Shown here: positions 24,555 through 34,251 of the stretch, piece by piece | Numbering within the stretch: position 1 is the stretch's first letter | Layout of the letters: each line of letters starts with the position of its first letter | Virus record (IMG/VR): IMGVR_UViG_3300035670_010029 | Source of the DNA: a virus | Reading direction: 5' to 3' (one strand) | DNA length: 64,000 nucleotides | The notes under the pieces: model-generated | The model's input: the letters and a program-made list of their open reading frames with translations, nothing else | The model's database searches: none | Told to the model about the DNA's origin: nothing | Translations under genes and position numbers: made by a program

Positions 24555-25517
24555 TCAGATAATAACTTGTGCGGTCAATCTTATTGTACACCAATATATA
24601 TTTTTATTTGCACTTTCCATATCAAGGGTGATAACATCACTAAAAAAGCATTTGTGCCACTTTGTAGAACTGTCTGAGATGAGATCAAAATAGTTTTTTG
24701 CTAGAGTATTTAACGATCCGTTATGATAAAAAGCCTGATATCCACTATTGACCACTTTATTAATATCGTACATTTGAATAGTTTTTTCTTTTTGTAGTCT
24801 AATAATATCTACAATTCTATTATTGTCTGTTTTATTTTCTGTAAATACATGTAATAATATGTCCTGGCTGACTTCAAAATTAGATGAACCTAATTGCCAC
24901 GGCTTAGAATCGCTTCTGGCAATAGGTTCTATGATAATACATGGCATTTGTATCCGGTGGTTGGCCGATATACTGTAATCTCCCTTATTGGTTGGAGATG
25001 TTCTTGTAAAAGGTTTGGTTGTTAATTCTTGAAGTTCTATCCAATATGGATAAGTACTACTCTTGTGAACCTGACACCACCTATAAGAATACGACATATT
25101 AACATTTGATCTGGCCCCAAGAGACCTATCAAAGACTACTTGTCCCATAGGATAATTCAAAGTGTAGCCCATATTACCACTTCCTGTTGGAGCAGGATAA
25201 AATGTTGAGTCTACATGAATACCAGATATATTAATAGGACTATAATTATTGTATGTTACTCCTGTTTCCCAAACCCAATCTTTTTTGAATGTTTGCCATA
25301 CTTGACCTTTAGAAAAACCTGGTTCTTCGATATTGTTAAGCTGGCTATAAGAACCGGTATAAAGTCCGCTGGTTGGGTAATTAATATTGATAAAGCCTCC
25401 AATGTGTAAAAATCCCCAGTCTAAAAATCCTTTAATATTATCTTCTAGTTGATTAATCAGATTATTGTCGTTAAGACTAGATATATTGTTAAATTTAGCA
25501 TATTCTGGGCAGCTCAT
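24555..25517 (-). CDS. Putative tail terminator/completion protein with an inserted beta domain
   Basis: Lies immediately upstream of the tube gene. It contains MPCIIIE, WQLG and DILLHVFTE motifs typical of terminator folds, and an internal YTLNYPMGQVVF segment. Confidence 0.55.
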   Translation of the reverse strand: MSCPEYAKFNNISSLNDNNLINQLEDNIKGFLDWGFLHIGGFININYPTSGLYTGSYSQLNNIEEPGFSKGQVWQTFKKDWVWETGVTYNNYSPINISGIHVDSTFYPAPTGSGNMGYTLNYPMGQVVFDRSLGARSNVNMSYSYRWCQVHKSSTYPYWIELQELTTKPFTRTSPTNKGDYSISANHRIQMPCIIIEPIARSDSKPWQLGSSNFEVSQDILLHVFTENKTDNNRIVDIIRLQKEKTIQMYDINKVVNSGYQAFYHNGSLNTLAKNYFDLISDSSTKWHKCFFSDVITLDMESANKNIYWCTIRLTAQVII

Positions 25518-26158
25518 AAAACCCTCTCTAATTCTTGTATCATTAGATTAATAATTTCATCGTTAACATTTTCTAATGATCTGGTGATCCAATTATTTTT
25601 CTGAGTACCGGCAAATTCTGGAGGAACTCTCCAGTTTTGATCAGACTCTACCATGATGGCATATTGTGTTCTAGATCTATTGTTGGGTCCAAATTTAACG
25701 CTATAGTTTTTTACTAAAATTTTTCCTCCATCTAACAGCAACCACTGCAACCAAGGAATAACAATACCGCTCAATTGATCGGTTACTATAGCCGCTTCAG
25801 AAGACAGTATATCACTATAATCTTCTTTTATCATATCTACACTAAAAGTAGCGCTTAATCCTATTCCTGTTTGTTTAATATTTCCATAATTAACCCGGAT
25901 GTTGCTGCTCCAAATATCTATAATAGAAGATACTCTATTGGCCGCATCAGGTACTCCAAGCTCAAACTTTAAGGCTCCGTTTAGCAAAGACTGATACTCC
26001 GGCTGAGACCTAATTGCATTAGCAACTATTCCCGGCAAGACGTTAGATAAATTTTGTGTAGCTATTATAAATTTAGGCTTTATATAGTCAGTAATACTTT
26101 GAAGTATTTTCGTACGAATCTGAGCATCTGACTCCATTAGCTTTAGAGATATATTCAT
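25514..26158 (-). CDS. Putative neck/tail-completion protein
   Basis: Position between closure and terminator genes. IPWLQWLL and GTQKNNWITR resemble the HK97 gp10-like pattern. Confidence 0.5.
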   Translation of the reverse strand: MNISLKLMESDAQIRTKILQSITDYIKPKFIIATQNLSNVLPGIVANAIRSQPEYQSLLNGALKFELGVPDAANRVSSIIDIWSSNIRVNYGNIKQTGIGLSATFSVDMIKEDYSDILSSEAAIVTDQLSGIVIPWLQWLLLDGGKILVKNYSVKFGPNNRSRTQYAIMVESDQNWRVPPEFAGTQKNNWITRSLENVNDEIINLMIQELERVL

Positions 26159-26680
26159 TTATAATCTTTTCCAAAGAGTTACGATATAATCATGGTTGCC
26201 CAAGCCCACAGGCTCAGGATCCCCTGCTCTAGTATAATTATAATTACCGTAGTTATTCATATTCTGATTAACTATCATTTCTTTGCAGTTTACAATTTTA
26301 GGCATATACTGAATAGAACATATGGTTTGAATCATGCCGTCATTAATATTGACGGTTTTTGAACCCCAATTAAGCCAGTATTTATGATCAAAAAGTACGG
26401 CCATGTAAATAGTTTCGTCCTTTGATTTGTCTATCATGCCAGCACCCTGACACACAGGACAGATACTATATTCTGGAAATGGTGACGGACCAGTATTATT
26501 ATATCTATTAGTTGATCGATGCTGTATAGTATCAAATATACAATTACCGCAAAATTCTTTGTTCATAGAATCAAATTTCAATAAACAAGGAACAGCTAAA
26601 GAATTAGTGGGATTTAGCAGAGCATTTATAGCGTCTGAATAGATTTGTTTAAATTGTGGCACTAAAATTTGATCAAACAT
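26159..26680 (-). CDS. Putative head-closure (stopper) protein with a CxxC..CPxCxG insert
   Basis: CGNC and CPVCQGAG motifs, a beta-rich C-terminus, and gene order. Confidence 0.5.
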   Translation of the reverse strand: MFDQILVPQFKQIYSDAINALLNPTNSLAVPCLLKFDSMNKEFCGNCIFDTIQHRSTNRYNNTGPSPFPEYSICPVCQGAGMIDKSKDETIYMAVLFDHKYWLNWGSKTVNINDGMIQTICSIQYMPKIVNCKEMIVNQNMNNYGNYNYTRAGDPEPVGLGNHDYIVTLWKRL

Positions 26681-26711
26681 TATTAGCCTCTTTTGTATAA
26701 TATATGATACA

Positions 26712-29093
26712 CTATTGATGTCTTTGCTGTCTTGAATAAGGACCTACTATATAGGGGTATTTAGGTATAGATAGGCTGTTATCACTAAAAGCTAAATAAT
26801 AGGCGTATACGCCCTCTGGGTACTCTGGTGTGATCGAAAATCTACCGTTGTATTGATCTAACAAACCAGAACCCTCAAAAAAATCAAAATCATCAACAAA
26901 TGCACCAGCAGTTAACATATAATTAATACTGTTTATTACAACAGCATTATTAAATTTCCAGTCTGGTGGCCTGTGATCGTCTGTTTGTTTTGCGACATAC
27001 GAACTGGTAGCAAGAGTTACTCCGCTAGCTGATTGTTCTGGATGGATATAAGTATAAGGACCATATATAGGATATCCATCAAAACAAAAACCAATAATCT
27101 TAGAGTGTCCATCAGGATGTCTAAAATAATCATCTTCAAAAGAAGAGTCTTTATAATAACTACTACTATTTATAAATAATTCATTGTTCCAACAATTTTT
27201 TAAAAAACCACCATGTAAATACCTATAAGATCTGTCAAAAATAACTTCTCCGCCGCAAGCATCTAATTGAAAATATGTGCTAAAAAATAACTTGTTAAAC
27301 TTAAGGCCACTAGGAACATTAAAAATATTCAACGTATTAGATTCTATGCGAGCACCACAACACACAACACCGTTATTCATAATTCCAATAGGTTCAGTAA
27401 CTACCTCGTGTGGATTAGAGGAAAATGATGGTCCTCTGTATCGAAAAACCTTGTAATAAGACTGATCTTGAATATCATAACTACCAAAAAAGCCTAAACG
27501 AGGAGTTAATCCGTCATTAGTTAAATTTTGACCAGCTTTAGCTGGATACGGATCTCCGTTTGACGAAACAATTATATTAGACCCAGAAAAAGCTATAGTA
27601 GTAACACTGGGATATGTTCCGCTATTCTTGGACACAGATACAGTTGTTGGATCAAACCAATATTGTTGAAGTGGCAGTTTTTTCCAAAAATTATTTTGTA
27701 CGCAAACATATAACCATTGTTCGTCATGGGCCACATTTCCTGGTTGACCAGAAGTGGTTGGGCTATACAGGGTACCACTATAAATAGGGTTATAGGTTTG
27801 AGTTAAGGATAAAACTACAGATTTATGAATATCACTATATGAACTAGTAATACCGTTTTTGCCTACTATATTCAGTCTTTCTCCATCCGATAAATTACAT
27901 ATAATTCTATTGTCTCCAGCGCCAAATTCGGCATTTCCAATAATTAAATTGGTATCTGGAAAATCAGGAAAAGTGATAGAATTATTGGGCACTTTAACAT
28001 ACTGTAAATTATTCCATTCTGTAATATTATCTCCAACTTTTAAAAATCTCGTGTCTGTTTCATAACCAGCTTCGCCTAAACCCAAAATAGGATTTACGCC
28101 ACTCCATGATGTAGAGGTATCTCTTCTTAATCTTATTCGAGTATAATTGGCTTCGTTATAGGTTGAAGATACTCTAGGGGCGGCTGTATATTCTGGAGAA
28201 ATAATAGGAGACACAGCACTATATGATCCTATACCAACGGCATTTCTGGCTCTGACTCTAAAAATATATTGTTGACTATTGGATAAATTGTTAACAGCTA
28301 CTGAGTTAGTATTAGTAGTTGGCCCAACAATCCAATCTCCTGTAGCCACATTATTACTATCAATCAATCGATATTCTACAGTATAATCTATAATTGGCGA
28401 CCCGCCATCATCACTGGGTGGTAACCAAGCAACAAATATTTGGTTAAATCCCGGTGAAACTTCTATACCAAGAGGACTAAATGGCTGAACAGCATTATAT
28501 TGAACAAAAACATATGATTGATACAAATTTATATACAATAAATTATTGGCTGAGGTAAGTGCTTCTATAAAAAATGTAAATCTATTATTAGTAGACCAAA
28601 AAGATGAAGATGTAGCATAGTCTATTAGAGATGTTATATCGATATTATTTGACCCAACCGTAAGGTTATGATTAATAGACGTATTATATCTAGATAGACC
28701 AAGCGTTGTATTATAGTCATCACTAGGAACAATGTTTGTGTTTTCTGTTGTAGAAACTTTAATGGAGAAAGAGCTTCCGTAAAGAGGAACACTAGTACAT
28801 GACAAAACCAGGGTGGCTGATACAAGCTGATCTTTATAGACAGGTAAATTTTGGTAAGATACCAAATCCATTTTAGAAAATGCTCCGCTGTCAGTAGAAG
28901 CTGTTTCATCATTAGGCAGGGGTATATCGGATGAATCACCCTCTACTCTATTACCCAATAACATTGGACGTAGAATGCGATTACCATTAATGTCTGTAAA
29001 AAATGCTGGAGTGTCCAGCGACAAAGAGAATAAATTAATATTATAGTTTGTACCAGAAGCTAGTGGTATGGCTTTACTTACAACAATACTCAT
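26712..29093 (-). CDS. Multidomain virion protein: FN3 + Mtd-N-like fibre domain + YHYH-like C-terminal domain
   Basis: FN3 (WLPPSDDGGSPIIDYTVEY..FRVRARNAVG). Mtd N-terminal motif (IRLRRDT..W..VNPILGLGEAGYETDT..LKVGD). YHYH-family motifs (HSKIIGFCFDGYPIYGPY, LDQYNGRFSITPEYPEGVYAY). Confidence 0.75.
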   Translation of the reverse strand: MSIVVSKAIPLASGTNYNINLFSLSLDTPAFFTDINGNRILRPMLLGNRVEGDSSDIPLPNDETASTDSGAFSKMDLVSYQNLPVYKDQLVSATLVLSCTSVPLYGSSFSIKVSTTENTNIVPSDDYNTTLGLSRYNTSINHNLTVGSNNIDITSLIDYATSSSFWSTNNRFTFFIEALTSANNLLYINLYQSYVFVQYNAVQPFSPLGIEVSPGFNQIFVAWLPPSDDGGSPIIDYTVEYRLIDSNNVATGDWIVGPTTNTNSVAVNNLSNSQQYIFRVRARNAVGIGSYSAVSPIISPEYTAAPRVSSTYNEANYTRIRLRRDTSTSWSGVNPILGLGEAGYETDTRFLKVGDNITEWNNLQYVKVPNNSITFPDFPDTNLIIGNAEFGAGDNRIICNLSDGERLNIVGKNGITSSYSDIHKSVVLSLTQTYNPIYSGTLYSPTTSGQPGNVAHDEQWLYVCVQNNFWKKLPLQQYWFDPTTVSVSKNSGTYPSVTTIAFSGSNIIVSSNGDPYPAKAGQNLTNDGLTPRLGFFGSYDIQDQSYYKVFRYRGPSFSSNPHEVVTEPIGIMNNGVVCCGARIESNTLNIFNVPSGLKFNKLFFSTYFQLDACGGEVIFDRSYRYLHGGFLKNCWNNELFINSSSYYKDSSFEDDYFRHPDGHSKIIGFCFDGYPIYGPYTYIHPEQSASGVTLATSSYVAKQTDDHRPPDWKFNNAVVINSINYMLTAGAFVDDFDFFEGSGLLDQYNGRFSITPEYPEGVYAYYLAFSDNSLSIPKYPYIVGPYSRQQRHQ

Positions 29094-32000
29094 AATTTTT
29101 TAACTCCAAACAAAAAGCCCGATGTTTCTATTAGTCCTGTGGTCCATGGTTGTTGTGTTGCAGGATTAGACATGGAGTAATATTGGATAGTATTATATCT
29201 TGTTCTAGTTAAGGTATGAATATCCCCTACCTGATAGTAATCATCGTAAACACTAGGAAACGGTGCGTCTACTACATCAAAATTTTGCCAATACCTAGTT
29301 CTAGACTGCAAGCCTTGTATATATGATGTACCATGTGTAAATCGATAGTTGTCGATATGTCCACCGCCCCCAATAAATAATGGGAATCTCTGCGCGTTAT
29401 TAGAAGTATCTGTATATTCATCTGTAAATTTACCAACTATAGAGACTGGCCTAGTAAAATATGGCATATTACTTTGCCAATAATATTGTTGAGTATTAAC
29501 ATATTCTGTTGGTAAAGTATAAATACCTTGTTGTATCGGAGAAGATAAAGATAGCTGTAAAGAAACAGACGGAGGATTTGTGGTGGTTAATGAAGGATAG
29601 GTTGCATAATCAGCCCTTAAGGTAATAATATCGCCTGACACAACTGGTAATATTCCAGATAAAACACCATCTGAGTTTCGACTGAGATTGCGTTGAGCAA
29701 TATTATTTTTTAACAATGTAAACGTTGTATTAGAATTATTCGCGGTATTAATTACAATTTTTGCGCTAGCTTCGTATAGACTTTCTGCTGCCAACAAATT
29801 TTCCGTAGTAGGAGCCGTCTGTTCGGCAACATACTTAGCATAAAAATTATTGTTAAATTCATTATTGTTGTATAGTCCACTACCTATAACCCATCGCCTA
29901 GAACCTAAATAAGACGGATTGTAGAGATAATAATCAGGGTTATCAGTATTTACATAATAAAAAGCATTATTAAATATACCATCTAAACAGTACAATCCAG
30001 TTAGTTCTGGTAATCCGGCAGAAGTAATCATATAGGCAAGCCTATTATTACAACGAGTTGGTAATATATTTAATGCAGACATGTTGGGTATGGGTAAAGT
30101 ATAAGCCAGCTGTCCGTTTATTGGAACATTGGGATTCGGAACAGATCCTGTGGTAAACCAATTTGTCTTTGGGGGAACTGGGGTGTCCGAATAGGCAACA
30201 AAAAAATCTTGTTGATATCCGGAGCTATAAATTACCCAGGCGCTGCCGTTCCAGCGAATAATAAAACTATTAGCACCCCATGGGCCAAAAGTAGAATTCC
30301 ATACTGGTCTACCATTATAGAGACCGGCTAAAACAAAAGATCCGTTAGCATCTCCTGGCCAGCCACCGGGTAAACCGAAATTGGAGCCTATAATATTAGT
30401 AGGAAAATTAATTAGTTCTCTCCATGTGGTATTTTCTGGTATTTTGATAGTAGGAAAATATTCTTGAAATAATCCTGTTAGAGGGGAAAGGTTATTTCCT
30501 AAACCAGACACCGCCCCAGCTACAGCAAGAACAGAGACGCCGCTAATATTTGGGCCAAAGTCTAAATTGACGCTAGTAGAATAACTATTAGCGGAGGGGC
30601 TCCAACCATATGGGTTGCCGTTGGTTGTATAAACGGATAAATTATTGTCCAGATTATTCCAAATGGTATGAGTTGTCCCAGATACTCCATTTAGATAGGA
30701 TATTAATCTATATTGATGATTATAATATCTAACATTATTAATGAGTGTGCCTCTAAAATCTTGTATGGCGTCATTAACTAAAGCAACGTGATTCCATGTT
30801 CCGGTAGGGACGCTTTGAGGAAAATATAGTCTACGATATCCTAATAATTCATCGTCTATATAAGTACTATACTGTATATATCCTGTTGTGCATACTATAT
30901 CAAAATTAGTTGAAGGAATATCCAGACGAAAATCAGCAATTTGAGGATAGCTCGTTGGTGGTTTTTTGCCATATAAAGTAATTTTTTCATTGCCATTTTG
31001 AAAATAAACCCATGATTCTATGGTAAAAAAGTTATCTGGATGAGGATACGGAAAACCTGCGCTGCTCTCAGAGCGATAGAGGTTTCCATAAGGCATATAC
31101 AAATAAGATTCATTATTAGGAAAATATATGCTAGGATCATCAAATTTTTGTATACCATAAGACAACGATATAGGCTCTATCTTAGACAAAGTATTTTTAT
31201 TGGTCACATCATATATATCTCTATCGGTATTGATAAGTAACTGTGTATAAGTAGCTTGGTTGTCAGAAATGCCAGTAAAAAACACATTAGCAAATTGAGT
31301 ATCTAAAAAGTTTTTGCGAGCATTGTTATAAATCTTTATGCCAGCTATACCATCGTTAAATTGTGTTCTCCAAGCCGAAGAAGAATCTGCCCCAAAATTA
31401 TGGTTATCAAATCTAACGGCAGAAATAGCTCCACTTACTGTGGTTTCCAACACACCAATGTCTCCATCAAAATTTTTCAAAGCCCTTCTTTGACTAGAAC
31501 TGTTGGTTGTCCACTCTAATAATCCATCGCTAATGTTGCCATTATTGTCTAAATTAGTGCTAATACCTGGACTAAGTGGTAATACTTTAGCGGTGGGACC
31601 TAACCAAAAACCGGGTTGTCCTACATCGTCTATTAGAGTAATATCGTCGATGAGTGTAGTAGCACCTCTAGTATAATAAGCGCTATGATTAACCACTCTA
31701 AATGAATCAACATTATATGGCTGACCATCATAGAGATTGGGCTCCAACCATAAAGGGATTAAGTCTTTATAGTAGGTCCTATTAAAAAATCGAATATTAT
31801 TGTAAGCAAAACCGCTTATTGGTATTTCTAATAGCCATGTTTCTTTATCACTGTTGGTGTCGTCTATGTCTATAACAGGCACATCTACGCCCTCAATTTT
31901 AGCTGCTATATAAGAATTTTCTCCGTCTTTATTAATTAAAAACTCTAAATGATTCCATCTAGAAAAAAGGAAAGTCAAGTCTGAACGATAACTGTACATA

Positions 32001-32770
32001 TTTGGTGCTGTGCGTATATATCCTAAGGTAAGAATTTTACCACCAATGTCATCAATAGTAGCTCCTCCAGCATAATTATGAAATACAGAAGATAAATGGT
32101 ATTGATTAATAGTATCGTTCATATTCAAATCAAACACACCAAGAATTTGTCCATTTTGTTCCACCTGGAGTCCCATGGTCATTTTTTGATTTTCTAGTAA
32201 CTGTAAATTATTGCCGGTTGCTTTAATTATACTTATCAAAAGACCAGTTGTGTTACCGCTACAAAAAGCCAAAAGAGGATGACGATAATCAAAACGACCA
32301 GGTTTATCGAAACGCAAAGAATCTATTCTAGAGTCATAATCGGTATGTTTGGTTTCTAGTCCTAAAAATCTGGCTCCGAAATATGTTTTGGTTCCTTGAG
32401 CCTGAGGAAAGCCGCTCAGCTGTATATACGTAATGGGAGCCAAAAAATTAGTGTCGTTAATAGGAATATTAGACAAAGCTAAAAATCCAGGAGGAGTACC
32501 AAATGCCGGATAGTAATTCCCAGGAAAATCATATCCCCCAAAAGGATTGGTGTTTTCACCAAAGTCTCCATAAAAAGTACCAGAAGGCAATGTGCCATTA
32601 TTAATACTAACAGTTTTATATTGATTACTATAATTTGTACTATTGTGGTCATACGAATAGCCGCCAAAAGCATAGCCAGGGTCATTACGATACTGGGTTG
32701 ACCAGTATTGTGGGTCTAATCTTCCTAAGACCGTACCCCTATCGAAACCATCAAAAAATAAAGTGGCCAT
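29090..32770 (-). CDS. Virion structural protein (MxxLFFDGFD type) with a nested LamG-like lectin domain
   Basis: N-terminal LFFDGFD, C-terminal NPATQQPWT..FGVK, and internal FTIESWVYF..WNHVALV..YLNG..LFIG..IDNYRFT. Confidence 0.65.
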   Translation of the reverse strand: MATLFFDGFDRGTVLGRLDPQYWSTQYRNDPGYAFGGYSYDHNSTNYSNQYKTVSINNGTLPSGTFYGDFGENTNPFGGYDFPGNYYPAFGTPPGFLALSNIPINDTNFLAPITYIQLSGFPQAQGTKTYFGARFLGLETKHTDYDSRIDSLRFDKPGRFDYRHPLLAFCSGNTTGLLISIIKATGNNLQLLENQKMTMGLQVEQNGQILGVFDLNMNDTINQYHLSSVFHNYAGGATIDDIGGKILTLGYIRTAPNMYSYRSDLTFLFSRWNHLEFLINKDGENSYIAAKIEGVDVPVIDIDDTNSDKETWLLEIPISGFAYNNIRFFNRTYYKDLIPLWLEPNLYDGQPYNVDSFRVVNHSAYYTRGATTLIDDITLIDDVGQPGFWLGPTAKVLPLSPGISTNLDNNGNISDGLLEWTTNSSSQRRALKNFDGDIGVLETTVSGAISAVRFDNHNFGADSSSAWRTQFNDGIAGIKIYNNARKNFLDTQFANVFFTGISDNQATYTQLLINTDRDIYDVTNKNTLSKIEPISLSYGIQKFDDPSIYFPNNESYLYMPYGNLYRSESSAGFPYPHPDNFFTIESWVYFQNGNEKITLYGKKPPTSYPQIADFRLDIPSTNFDIVCTTGYIQYSTYIDDELLGYRRLYFPQSVPTGTWNHVALVNDAIQDFRGTLINNVRYYNHQYRLISYLNGVSGTTHTIWNNLDNNLSVYTTNGNPYGWSPSANSYSTSVNLDFGPNISGVSVLAVAGAVSGLGNNLSPLTGLFQEYFPTIKIPENTTWRELINFPTNIIGSNFGLPGGWPGDANGSFVLAGLYNGRPVWNSTFGPWGANSFIIRWNGSAWVIYSSGYQQDFFVAYSDTPVPPKTNWFTTGSVPNPNVPINGQLAYTLPIPNMSALNILPTRCNNRLAYMITSAGLPELTGLYCLDGIFNNAFYYVNTDNPDYYLYNPSYLGSRRWVIGSGLYNNNEFNNNFYAKYVAEQTAPTTENLLAAESLYEASAKIVINTANNSNTTFTLLKNNIAQRNLSRNSDGVLSGILPVVSGDIITLRADYATYPSLTTTNPPSVSLQLSLSSPIQQGIYTLPTEYVNTQQYYWQSNMPYFTRPVSIVGKFTDEYTDTSNNAQRFPLFIGGGGHIDNYRFTHGTSYIQGLQSRTRYWQNFDVVDAPFPSVYDDYYQVGDIHTLTRTRYNTIQYYSMSNPATQQPWTTGLIETSGFLFGVKKL

Positions 32771-32809
32771 TTAAGCTCCTATAAAATATCTATAAACAGC
32801 ATATGATTA

Positions 32810-34249
32810 CTATACCCCATCAACAACGTCTACGGTTAAATTAGTCACTGGTCCAGGAGCATAACATTCGGCACAGTTAAAAACATTAGAGTATTGTGCA
32901 GGAATGAAATTTTTACGGTATCTGGCTCCACGGCTAATCAATATATCATCAATATTTCCTACAAAAGGATTTTCTGTATATACTCTACCTATTTCAAAAG
33001 TGTCATAAGAGTAATTGTATCGTGTGTGATCTGCTCCAATAATCAACCAATCTGTATTCAGTGGTATATCATAAGGAAAATAGTTCTGATATGTCTCATT
33101 GCCATTAATATAAAGTCGCAAATATCCGTTAGATCGACAAACCGTAAAATGAGTGAAGTTTGATATCGATACTATAAAGTTAGTATTCGCATTAAGGCTC
33201 TGATAAGTCCAATCTCCTGTATTGTAGTCATAATAGTCTAGATTAACATTGAAGTAAATGCGATTAGAAGAATCAAGATATATCTTAAAATAACTATAAT
33301 TGCTATAATCAAAGTTTTCTTGAGAATAAGCAGATAAGAGAGTTCGATTTGCTGTAGTATTAGAGCCATCGGGTCTTAGCCACATTTCTATTGTAAAATC
33401 ATTATACAAAGACCAAAAAAGATTGTTTGTTGAAGAAAGATCTCTTGTGGCCTTAAGATGATGCGCTGTACTAAAATAAGGAAACTGGTTAGGGTCATTT
33501 GCTACGTCTATTTGACCATCAAACAGCAAACTTCTTCCCCCAAACTGGTAATTATCACTATCGCTTTCAATACCTATATGGTTTATAACACATCCGCTAC
33601 AAGATAAATCATCTATGGTTCCCACATCAATAGCATCAGGTTGTATTAATAGTTTCACAGAACACGGCGAGCTGTCTCCGCCAGAAGGAGTAATAGTATT
33701 ACTAAAACCATAAAGACCTGTTCCTATAGAATTTACAGCCGCCACCCTAAATTCGTAAGTAATATTATTGGTAAGTCCATCCACAGTTAAGCTTGTAGAA
33801 ACATTTATCCCGTCTGATACCGTACCCCATTCAAACTCTTCAACATTCTTATATTGTATTACATAATCGGTCAAAGGAGATCTATTATCATAAGGAGCTG
33901 TCCAGCTTAAATAAACCAAAGAATCTCCATCTAAAGCCGTCACAAAATCTGGTGGTAGTGGTGGCTCTGGAAGTGGTTCATAAGACAAAATATCCAAAAC
34001 ACAATATGATACAGTTGACGGACTTGTTGGTCTGGAATAAGATAACACATCAGAAGATAACCATGTAATATTAATAGGGTTATCTACAATAGTATAAGAT
34101 AAAATATCAGAATTAACATACGTTATTGTTAATTTATTTGTAATGGCAGCATAAGTAAGAACATCTGTAGACAAATAAGAGTGCTTTAAACCATAAATTT
34201 CTCTTTCTTTATATGGTAAGTATAGACCAAAAAAAGGAGGAACTATCAT
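32810..34249 (-). CDS. FN3 + LamG/concanavalin-A-like lectin virion protein
   Basis: FN3 (LSWTAPYDNRSPLTDYVIQY..FRVAAVN) and LamG (DFTIEMWL..THFTVCR..LYING..FVGNIDDILIS). Confidence 0.8.
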   Translation of the reverse strand: MIVPPFFGLYLPYKEREIYGLKHSYLSTDVLTYAAITNKLTITYVNSDILSYTIVDNPINITWLSSDVLSYSRPTSPSTVSYCVLDILSYEPLPEPPLPPDFVTALDGDSLVYLSWTAPYDNRSPLTDYVIQYKNVEEFEWGTVSDGINVSTSLTVDGLTNNITYEFRVAAVNSIGTGLYGFSNTITPSGGDSSPCSVKLLIQPDAIDVGTIDDLSCSGCVINHIGIESDSDNYQFGGRSLLFDGQIDVANDPNQFPYFSTAHHLKATRDLSSTNNLFWSLYNDFTIEMWLRPDGSNTTANRTLLSAYSQENFDYSNYSYFKIYLDSSNRIYFNVNLDYYDYNTGDWTYQSLNANTNFIVSISNFTHFTVCRSNGYLRLYINGNETYQNYFPYDIPLNTDWLIIGADHTRYNYSYDTFEIGRVYTENPFVGNIDDILISRGARYRKNFIPAQYSNVFNCAECYAPGPVTNLTVDVVDGV

Positions 34250-34251
34250 AT

